DNA of 13,726 nt, taken from a virus. The DNA is taken from positions 1 to 13,726 of IMG/VR virus record IMGVR_UViG_3300045988_103295; one strand, 5' to 3'. Positions 7,663 through 13,726 of this stretch are shown piece by piece; the stretch's first letter is position 1, and each line of letters starts with the position of its first letter. The position numbers were made by a program, and so were the translations under genes. Below the pieces are notes generated by a model that ran no database searches, was not told where the DNA came from, and was given only the letters and a program-made list of their open reading frames with translations.

Positions 7663-7983
7663 TCAGTTCGGGCGAATGATTTCCGACAAAACATCCTCCG
7701 CTGTCAACGGCTTGCTATTGTCAACCTGTGCATTCTGCAAATTGCCCTTCTGCACAATGCCGGTCAGGTTCGCAATTTGCTGGAAAACCTTGTCAAATTG
7801 CGCCTGTGTATTATCGGGTGCAGATGCCGGTGCAGATGCCGGTGCAGACGCCGGTGCAGATGCCGGTGCAGATGCCGGTGCAGATGCCGGTGCAGATGCA
7901 GGTGCATCAATCGTCATCAGCTTGCCGATTTGCTCCGCCGTAAATCCGGCTTTTGCCAGCGTCAAAATGTCAGATACATTCAT
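7663..7983 (-). CDS. Scaffolding-like protein, 106 aa, with an (APAS)x7 linker
   Basis: Small helical protein immediately upstream of the capsid gene (phi29 gp7 is 98 aa in the same position). RBS GGAGGT, and the start overlaps the endolysin stop (TAATG). Confidence 0.6.
   Translation of the reverse strand: MNVSDILTLAKAGFTAEQIGKLMTIDAPASAPASAPASAPASAPASAPASAPASAPDNTQAQFDKVFQQIANLTGIVQKGNLQNAQVDNSKPLTAEDVLSEIIRPN
7817..7907. repeat. 12-nt tandem repeat GGTGCAGATGCC, about 7.6 copies, in frame within the scaffold gene
   Basis: Direct reading finds units at 7817, 7829, 7841 (1 mismatch), 7853, 7865, 7877 and 7889 (1 mismatch), plus a partial unit. Translated on the minus strand they give APASAPAS... 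Confidence 0.95.
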
Positions 7984-8486
7984 TATTTGTTACCTCCATA
8001 TTTGTTTACAAGCGTTACAAGTTCACCGTATAGCTTTGAATATAGTTCGTTCTCATCCGGCACAGGCGTGTTGACAACCTCAGACGCATAGTATAGGCAA
8101 TTAGCCTTTGCGTGATGCGTCCACCGCTTTCTATTGTTAATTTTGTCCATCTGCACGCCGCCCTTCGTCGAGTGGATAACTTCTCCGTTTCCGATGTAGA
8201 TGCCAACATGTGAGGCATTAACTCCATCGGTATAGCGCTTTGGCTCGTTTCCATCATGTTTTATGGTAAACACCCATTCTCCTACATCGACATTATCAAA
8301 ATTGTCGGATTTATCATGCACAGCGTTGCGCCACATATCGTTTGAGCCTCGCCAGTCCTTTTTGATATTGGCATATTTTCTTAGACAGTATTCGACAAAT
8401 GCTTGACAATCAAGTGTGGCGTATGGGATTCCGATTAGATTATTTTTGTCTGCGCTGATTTTTTCCGCCCATTCTACTGCAATCAA
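7983..8486 (-). CDS. Endolysin, NlpC/P60-family cell wall peptidase, 167 aa
   Basis: Catalytic Cys context LDCQAFVEYC and the typical His block SHVGIYIGNGEVIHS. TTG start overlapping the holin stop (TTGA), preceded by GGTGATGA. Confidence 0.85.
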   Translation of the reverse strand: MIAVEWAEKISADKNNLIGIPYATLDCQAFVEYCLRKYANIKKDWRGSNDMWRNAVHDKSDNFDNVDVGEWVFTIKHDGNEPKRYTDGVNASHVGIYIGNGEVIHSTKGGVQMDKINNRKRWTHHAKANCLYYASEVVNTPVPDENELYSKLYGELVTLVNKYGGNK

Positions 8487-8677
8487 TTATCATCACCGCC
8501 CAACTTATCAATGAGGTGCTGCATCACAATCGTATTATTATTGATAGCGTCTTTTAATTCTGCGGTTTCTTCCCGGTGCTGTTCGCGCTCTTTGTTCCAG
8601 AAATAGAAAAGCGCGCAAGTGCAAGCAATCGGAAACCCTACGTTTGTAATGAGCGTAACAATGTCGGAAAATTCCAT
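8483..8677 (-). CDS. Holin, BhlA/UviB-like, 64 aa
   Basis: MEFSDIVTLITNVGFPIACTCALFYFWNKEREQ... has one N-terminal transmembrane segment followed by a charged coiled tail, as in BhlA-type holins. ATG 8677 is preceded by GGGAGGG. The GTG extension to 8701 lacks an SD. Confidence 0.75.
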   Translation of the reverse strand: MEFSDIVTLITNVGFPIACTCALFYFWNKEREQHREETAELKDAINNNTIVMQHLIDKLGGDDN

Positions 8678-8706
8678 ACACCCTCCCATCCCCGGAAACA
8701 CAAAAT

Positions 8707-8780
8707 GGCAATAGGGGTCGAGGCATACGACTATGCCATGCTCACCCTTCCGGGGTTGTCGTTCGAGCTACCCTATTGCC
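8707..8780 (-). ncRNA. 74-nt structured RNA element (three-way junction) at the 5' end of the late transcript; function unknown
   Basis: Coordinates below run 5' to 3' on the minus-strand RNA. P1 is a 10-bp stem, GGCAATAGGG (8780..8771) with CCCTATTGCC (8716..8707). P2 is GCUC (8768..8765) with GAGC (8743..8740), enclosing the hairpin ACCC-CGGAA-GGGU. P3 is GGCAUA-GUCG-UAUGCC (8737..8722). The element starts at the predicted transcription start and is followed by AUUUUGUGUUU. Confidence 0.55.
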
Positions 8781-8786
8781 GATTTT

Positions 8787-8815
8787 AATATAGCATAATT
8801 TTTTATATTTGTCAA
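8787..8815 (-). promoter_or_regulatory. Late promoter (near-consensus sigma70 type)
   Basis: On the minus strand: -35 TTGACA (8815..8810), a 17-nt spacer ending in TGC (extended -10), and -10 TATATT (8792..8787). The predicted start at about 8780 coincides with the first G of the structured RNA. Confidence 0.75.
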
Positions 8816-8818
8816 GGC

Positions 8819-9838
8819 TTATTTAATTATGCCGAAATATTGACAGAAAACAATTTCGCAAGCAGGGGATTCACAATAAATTTTCCGCTCAATATATGCT
8901 ATCATCAGATAGCGATAAAGCGTGCGAAATCGTAAACAATCATTTTCCGTAGTGCTGTATATCGGGCGCGTTCCTTGCCCGTGCGGGCTAATATAATATG
9001 TTCGATTGTTTTTGTGCCGATAAACTGTAATTTCACCACACGTTACAAGCGGCGTGTACTCTTTGAGGTTCGCGCTCATGGTTTGCAATACAGGTTTATC
9101 CAAAAAGCGATTTTCAAGCGACATATCTTTTATTTTATTATCTTTGAGTAGACGATAAAGCGCAGTTTCTCCCTTCTTCCTGCTGATAGGACTATTGCGC
9201 AAGTTTATCAGATACAATCCGCGCTCACCGTCTTTATATTCCTGTGTTTCCTGCTCCGCCATTTTATATGCAATCGTGATAAGCCCTAAACTTTGGAAAA
9301 TCGGGTTTACAATGCTGTTACTATTGGCAAGGCATAAACACTTCACAGGGGGCTTACCTTGCAGCTCTCTATTTCTGTTTATTGTTTCATATGCATTAAA
9401 AAACGCATCCCCTTCATTTTTGATTCTGCGCTCATGCGATTCTGGAATAAATTCATCAAATATGATAATTTCAATATCATGCGCGGAAAAACCGCGAATA
9501 TTTGATACACCAGATAAAGCCATTACATAGCCTGCCGGTGTGCTTTCCTCGTTGATATATACAGCCGTCGCTTCCTTGGAGACTTTATCCATTTCGAGAG
9601 ACACGGACATATCATCGCATACGGGCGCAAAAGGTGACATTTCAGGCGCGCTAATAACATCCGCTTGTAGTTTCGTTCGTCTCATATAGATAAATTTCAT
9701 TTTATGTTCAATCACATATTTAAGTGCGCCATAAGTTTTACCCGTACCTCTTGCGCCCGTCATGAGAATAAATGTATATTTTTGTTCTATGATTCTCGCC
9801 ATGTCAACATAGCCATTTTTCAAAAATAGGTTATTCAT
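8819..9838 (-). CDS. DNA packaging (encapsidation) ATPase, phi29 gp16-like, 339 aa
   Basis: Walker A GARGTGKT near the N-terminus and Walker B IEIIIFDEF. Size is close to gp16 (332 aa). RBS AGGAGGG. Confidence 0.85.
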   Translation of the reverse strand: MNNLFLKNGYVDMARIIEQKYTFILMTGARGTGKTYGALKYVIEHKMKFIYMRRTKLQADVISAPEMSPFAPVCDDMSVSLEMDKVSKEATAVYINEESTPAGYVMALSGVSNIRGFSAHDIEIIIFDEFIPESHERRIKNEGDAFFNAYETINRNRELQGKPPVKCLCLANSNSIVNPIFQSLGLITIAYKMAEQETQEYKDGERGLYLINLRNSPISRKKGETALYRLLKDNKIKDMSLENRFLDKPVLQTMSANLKEYTPLVTCGEITVYRHKNNRTYYISPHGQGTRPIYSTTENDCLRFRTLYRYLMIAYIERKIYCESPACEIVFCQYFGIIK

Positions 9839-9848
9839 ACGCCCTCCT

Positions 9849-9882
9849 AAAAAATAAAGGCATGGTTCATCGCCATGCCTTT
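9849..9882 (-). terminator. Intrinsic terminator between the replication genes and the ATPase gene
   Basis: Minus-strand RNA reads AAAGGCAUGG-CGAUGAA-CCAUGCCUUU followed by AUUUUUU, and directly abuts the ATPase SD. Confidence 0.75.
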
Positions 9883-9889
9883 ATATGCG

Positions 9890-10240
9890 TCACTCGAAAA
9901 TCAACTCGCAGGAAGTATAGTTACGATTATTCTTGCTCCGAATCTGTGTAATCTGCACCTTGAAGCCTACATCGTTCATTCCTGCCGTGCCCAGATAATC
10001 AACAATGGCGAGAAGTCGTTCGCTGAACGCTCTGCCGTTCGTGATGTAGGGCACGCCGTCAACGATAATTCCGCAACGAGGCTTAAATTCACCGTTGCTG
10101 TCAACGGTTTCTGCAACCGCCCAGGCATCAACCCGAACGGTTTTCTTCATCAACTCCGACATAGGGTGCCCTTCGCGGGAAAGCGTCAGCTTGTACAGTT
10201 CCGCCGGGGAAATGCTCTGATTAGTCTTCGTGTTACTCAT
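9890..10240 (-). CDS. Hypothetical protein, 116 aa; candidate replication accessory (SSB or DNA-binding) protein by position only
   Basis: ORF with RBS AGGAGGG immediately downstream of the polymerase gene. No motif recognised. Confidence 0.6.
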   Translation of the reverse strand: MSNTKTNQSISPAELYKLTLSREGHPMSELMKKTVRVDAWAVAETVDSNGEFKPRCGIIVDGVPYITNGRAFSERLLAIVDYLGTAGMNDVGFKVQITQIRSKNNRNYTSCELIFE

Positions 10241-10271
10241 GGTGAAGCCCTCCTAAATATTTGTTCGGCGG

Positions 10272-12290
10272 TTATCGCCTAATAAGATTATAGCACATAT
10301 TGCGGTCAGCGTCAACACTTATATAAGCGTTCTGCAATGCTTCGAGTAAGTCTGCGTATTTGTAGGTAATTCCCACCGCATACGTTGATGGGCGCAAGCA
10401 TACGTTTCGGGTTACTGTTAAATCATGCCCATCCACGCTGATTTTCTTGTATACATGGTCATTGTAAACACTTTCAAGCCCTCCCGCTTTTCGGAAAACA
10501 AAACCGGGCGCGAATTTTATAAGCCCCCCGGCTTCTTCCAGTTCATCAGCGCCGCCCCACTCTACAATGTCGCCCGCAGCGTTTTTACTGGATTTTTTTC
10601 GTACACCAGCAATAGTTATATCTATATGCCCCTTTTCATCCTGTGACGCATATTTTTTCGCCCCCCATGTTAAAAACTGATAATATTCACCCTCTATTTC
10701 TGCAACCCCCATATAGTGCAATGTTCCGTGGGGGTCTGCGGCACAGGCTCCATGTTCAAGGGATGCCGTCTTGCATCTTTTATTGTAGGATTCATAGCTA
10801 ATTGATTCTGATTTTATATATTTACAGCTATCCGTATCGGCATAAACAAAATTATTCCCTGCAATCTTTATCATTTCCTCCAACTCAAGCCTTGCGTACG
10901 CTGTAACCCATACACCCCATTGATACGGCAGGAATGATTTTTTGATATTTTTAATTACGTCTGTTTCCTGCTGAATGTATTCATCGCCGTCGAATATAAT
11001 ATCATCTTTTCCGGGGTCTGTGGCTGTCATGCCATATAAGCTATTCAGCAGATTCTTGCTTTTCATATATTCATATTCGCTCCCTTCAATTCCTTTAAGC
11101 GAAGTTTTGTTTGTATAGTAGCGTTTTATACAGTCCGTAAAAGGTTTTGGTAAATAGTCCTTCTCTGCCGTATATATATCTGTAAAATCAAATTCACCAT
11201 CATATTCTTCGAGAATTATCTGCATATCTACTTCTGTTACTTCAATCGTCAGTGCATCCGCTTCGAGAACGCGCCCATTGTCTTCAAGTGGATTTATTAA
11301 CATTTGACATTTACTTACAGGAATATAAGGACACCCCCACAACGGATTTCGCAAAGTCGCCCTAGTTATTGACATAGTGCAAAGAATTGCAAGCCCGGAT
11401 GCAAATGCACGCCTAATAGTTGCTATTCCGTCAGGACATTTTTTAAATGGCTTCATTGGAAATTTCTGGTTCAGCATTACATCAGGATAACTTGACGAAC
11501 GGTCGACGGATTCCACCCCAGAAAGCACCTTACCGACGAAATAGCGGTTAGCGTGCGTGTTCCCACCACGAAACGCCTTGCGCAGTTTTCTATATATTTC
11601 TTCCGTGGGTTTAAGCGCCCCCAGCGGTATTTGGCTTAACGCCTGTTTCGCATCCCTGCGAACGTAGCCCGTAGACGTGCGCGGAACTGAATACAGAGTG
11701 TCGCCGTCTTGCGAAATCTTCTTTTTGGCTGCTTCAAGTAATCCGATAACGTCATTTTGGCAATATTCAATCTCCGCTTCTGTTAGTTCAGTCCACGGAT
11801 AGCGGATTTTAGAATAGTCAAATTCCGCTCCGGACTTCTTCATGTGCTGGACATTCATTTCCTTCAGAAATTTTGAAAGCGTTTTATTCGTCCAGATGTA
11901 GGAACAGCGATATTCAATGCAACCGCAAGTTGCAGACAATATTTTCCGAGCTTTAAGACACTTAACATCAGAAAAATCATAAAGTCCTGCGAGGAATTGG
12001 AATTCATATGAAAGATTGTGAACAAGACAAATTATTGTAATTCCACCCAGTCGCGATTTTAATGCTTCCTGTAATGCAGTCCATTCTTCCCACGTTCTCC
12101 CATATGTGATATAGTATTCTCCGGCTACATAAAGCCCGCATTGCCAGATGTACATTACAGCATTATCATCTTCAAGCCGGGTTGTTTCAATGTCAAACGC
12201 CATCAGCGCATCAGCGTATACGATTTTAGCCCTTGGGTTATCAGGCGATAACGCCGTTATTTTTGAGATTCCCTCATATACGCTGAGCAT
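10272..12290 (-). CDS. Protein-primed family B DNA polymerase, 672 aa
   Basis: Exonuclease motifs: Exo I FDIET, Exo II HNLSYEFQF, Exo III YCQNDV. Polymerase motifs: A DRSSSYPDV, B KNLLNSLYG, C YADTDS, and KxY GAKKYA. The combination with ITRs and an upstream terminal-protein-sized gene indicates the protein-primed subgroup. Confidence 0.93.
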   Translation of the reverse strand: MLSVYEGISKITALSPDNPRAKIVYADALMAFDIETTRLEDDNAVMYIWQCGLYVAGEYYITYGRTWEEWTALQEALKSRLGGITIICLVHNLSYEFQFLAGLYDFSDVKCLKARKILSATCGCIEYRCSYIWTNKTLSKFLKEMNVQHMKKSGAEFDYSKIRYPWTELTEAEIEYCQNDVIGLLEAAKKKISQDGDTLYSVPRTSTGYVRRDAKQALSQIPLGALKPTEEIYRKLRKAFRGGNTHANRYFVGKVLSGVESVDRSSSYPDVMLNQKFPMKPFKKCPDGIATIRRAFASGLAILCTMSITRATLRNPLWGCPYIPVSKCQMLINPLEDNGRVLEADALTIEVTEVDMQIILEEYDGEFDFTDIYTAEKDYLPKPFTDCIKRYYTNKTSLKGIEGSEYEYMKSKNLLNSLYGMTATDPGKDDIIFDGDEYIQQETDVIKNIKKSFLPYQWGVWVTAYARLELEEMIKIAGNNFVYADTDSCKYIKSESISYESYNKRCKTASLEHGACAADPHGTLHYMGVAEIEGEYYQFLTWGAKKYASQDEKGHIDITIAGVRKKSSKNAAGDIVEWGGADELEEAGGLIKFAPGFVFRKAGGLESVYNDHVYKKISVDGHDLTVTRNVCLRPSTYAVGITYKYADLLEALQNAYISVDADRNMCYNLIRR

Positions 12291-12292
12291 TC

Positions 12293-12994
12293 CTAAATCT
12301 TCCCTTCTCTTTTGGCTTTTTCAAACATTGCGCGAACCGTTGAACCGCTCACAAATTCCCCTGCTTTAAGCCGTTCTTTATATCGCGCCCTTGCTTTATC
12401 GGCTTGTCGCTCCCAATAGTCCCACCTTTTTAATAAGTCCTCCCAGTCCGATTTTGCAAATTTCCGCTTAACGCGGGTAGTTCCTTCCTGCGATACATCA
12501 ACAATATCTTGCAAGATATAATAGTATTGCGCTTCTTTATTCGCATCGGCGTAAACCGCGAAAAATTTTCGGAATTGTAGAAAATCCTCATATATGAATG
12601 TTTCTTCTGTAAACCAACCACGCTGTAAGAGTGTTTCATATTCGCGTTTCCACTGGTTTTGTTGTGCCACAAATAACTGTTGTGGTGTTTTTGACCCGCT
12701 AACAACTTTCCACATGGCACGAATCTGCCGAACGCCTTCCTCAACTGTTCGTATCGTGGAGGGTTTATCCCAGTAATGTCTCTCATATTGTTTAATGCTT
12801 TCGTACTCTATCCCCTTCTTCCTTGCCGCCTTGAACCGCTTATCCATTAAATCAATAAGCGATTTCATCTCTTTTCTAACATCTTTTAGCGTCAAACCAG
12901 CTTTGGGAATTTTTGTACCTACATATACAGACGCGGGAAGCGGACGATTTTCAAGCGCTGTACTTTGCGCGAATCGTTTATTCCACCTTGCCAT
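12293..12994 (-). CDS. Candidate terminal protein, 233 aa
   Basis: Basic, Trp-rich, charged protein encoded immediately upstream of the polymerase gene with a 2-nt gap, as gp3/gp2 in phi29 (gp3 is 266 aa). RBS AAGGGGG. No sequence motif was recognised; assigned by synteny and genome type. Confidence 0.55.
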   Translation of the reverse strand: MARWNKRFAQSTALENRPLPASVYVGTKIPKAGLTLKDVRKEMKSLIDLMDKRFKAARKKGIEYESIKQYERHYWDKPSTIRTVEEGVRQIRAMWKVVSGSKTPQQLFVAQQNQWKREYETLLQRGWFTEETFIYEDFLQFRKFFAVYADANKEAQYYYILQDIVDVSQEGTTRVKRKFAKSDWEDLLKRWDYWERQADKARARYKERLKAGEFVSGSTVRAMFEKAKREGKI

Positions 12995-13163
12995 TTATAA
13001 GCCCCCTTCTCAACAATTCGTTGTAAACGGTTTTAATACAGAGGCGTGCGGCCTTTGACATATTGTCCATTCTGGTAATGCAGCAAATTTCTTTTAGTCG
13101 CTTCAAATCTTCTGGATACATGGATAGCGTCATTCTCTTATATCTACGTACTTTATTATTCAT
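12978..13163 (-). CDS. Ribbon-helix-helix (CopG/Arc-like) DNA-binding protein, 61 aa
   Basis: KRMTLSMYPEDLKRLKEICCITRMDNMSKAARLCIKTVYNELL fits a strand-helix-helix pattern. The preferred start ATG 13163 forms an ATGA overlap with the upstream mini-ORF stop. The alternative ATG 13178 has no SD. Confidence 0.6.
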   Translation of the reverse strand: MNNKVRRYKRMTLSMYPEDLKRLKEICCITRMDNMSKAARLCIKTVYNELLRRGLINGKVE

Positions 13164-13216
13164 TGTTGCAACCCCCATGTTACAAGAATTACAAGCATGA
13201 TTGCCGTTAGTAACAT
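13160..13216 (-). CDS. Possible 18-aa hydrophobic mini-ORF (MLLTAIMLVILVTWGLQQ)
   Basis: GGAGGTGA (13224..13231, minus strand) lies 10 nt upstream of ATG 13216 and serves no other start codon. The TGA stop overlaps the ATG of the RHH gene. Confidence 0.35.
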   Translation of the reverse strand: MLLTAIMLVILVTWGLQQ

Positions 13217-13233
13217 TTCGTTTTCACCTCCGG

Positions 13234-13464
13234 TTATTGTCTCCAAACGTAACGGGTTAAATTGTAATAGCGGGCAAGCGGTTCGATTTGTTCATAACCA
13301 ATAATTATGCCGCGGTCGCACTGCACCTTGAACGGAAAAACCTTTACCTCCGAACCATCATAAAGGCTTGCGATTCCGTAAATTATTCTACCCCCCTCCA
13401 CATAGTAACGGAAACCGCTGCGTGTGACGTGCCAACCTTCGCGGGTGATAATTGATTTATTCAT
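13234..13464 (-). CDS. Right-end early protein, 76 aa, unknown function
   Basis: ATG 13464 lies 4 nt inside the ITR boundary and uses the ITR-encoded SD. The TTG at 13470 is an alternative start. Confidence 0.65.
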   Translation of the reverse strand: MNKSIITREGWHVTRSGFRYYVEGGRIIYGIASLYDGSEVKVFPFKVQCDRGIIIGYEQIEPLARYYNLTRYVWRQ

Positions 13465-13468
13465 GTGC

Positions 13469-13726
13469 AATTCCCTTTCTGGTTTGTGAGGTTTCCTTCC
13501 TCTTTACACGTATATAATAGCACATTCGGCGGATGATGTGAAGATACTGTTAGTTGAGTTTTGGAACAAATTTTTCTACTGACAGTTGAGTTGATACCTC
13601 GTTATATAACAGACGTTATGCATTGAATGTTGTTTATAAGTGTGGTTAGAGGTGACTAATAGGCAGATAGTTATAACTAACTCACAGACGTTGGGGAACC
13701 GACAATTATTTTTTTATTATAGGAAT
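13469..13726. repeat. Right inverted terminal repeat (258 bp)
   Basis: Exact reverse complement of 1..258. Confidence 0.97.
13514..13542 (-). promoter_or_regulatory. Right-end early promoter inside the ITR (mirror of 185..213)
   Basis: Identical sequence by ITR symmetry: TTCACA, 17 nt (ending TGC), TATTAT on the minus strand, directed inward. Confidence 0.65.

Noticed and set aside
7817-7907. CRISPR-like array.
   Set aside because: The units are contiguous 12-nt tandem copies with no spacers, and they lie in frame inside a coding sequence.
7258-8091. 277-aa plus-strand ORF with a CRCRCR repeat, plus other plus-strand ORFs at 7676..8074 and 7728..7943.
   Set aside because: These are shadow ORFs kept open by the 12-nt tandem repeat. 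They lie antisense to the well-supported scaffold, capsid and endolysin genes and have no RBS.
8707-8780. Possible tRNA. The element is 74 nt, has a closing acceptor-like stem, and carries a TTCGA motif on the plus strand.
   Set aside because: Neither strand folds into a cloverleaf. On the plus strand there is no pairable T-stem around TTCGA (tgtcg versus taccc), no anticodon stem, GG instead of U8 at positions 8-9, and a 10-bp rather than 7-bp closing stem.
1-13726. A non-viral ITR plus PolB element (linear plasmid, casposon or polinton-like transposon).
   Set aside because: A full virion and lysis gene set is present (portal, capsid, knob, fibre, packaging ATPase, holin, endolysin). There is no integrase or Cas1, and there is no flanking host DNA or target-site duplication because the ITRs sit at the very ends of the window.

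Overview
The window appears to be a complete linear dsDNA genome (13,726 bp) of a very small phi29/Cp-1-like, protein-primed podovirus. Bases 1..258 are the exact reverse complement of 13469..13726, so the genome is bounded by perfect 258-bp inverted terminal repeats (ITRs). Each ITR carries a near-consensus sigma70-type promoter, operator-like direct repeats, a leader and a Shine-Dalgarno sequence, and each ends 4 nt before the start codon of a different small early gene. Four small genes are read rightward from the left end (263..1135). Everything else is read leftward from the right end: small early genes including an RHH-like regulator, a candidate terminal protein, a family-B protein-primed DNA polymerase, a 116-aa protein and a gp16-like packaging ATPase. 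After the ATPase gene comes a second strong promoter with a 74-nt structured RNA leader. This is followed by holin, NlpC/P60 endolysin, scaffold, major capsid protein, tail lysozyme, and then tail knob, portal, lower-collar-like protein and tail fibre, which match the phi29 gp9-gp10-gp11-gp12 order. The two transcription directions converge on a perfect palindromic terminator at 1134..1157. GGAGG-type ribosome-binding sites (RBS), a BhlA-like holin and an NlpC/P60 lysin suggest a Gram-positive (Bacillota) host; this is inference only. The most interesting items are the promoter-proximal three-way-junction RNA at 8707..8780, the expression-competent ITRs, the long hairpin after the capsid gene and the very compact genome. 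All protein family calls rest on motifs recognised by eye; no database search was run.
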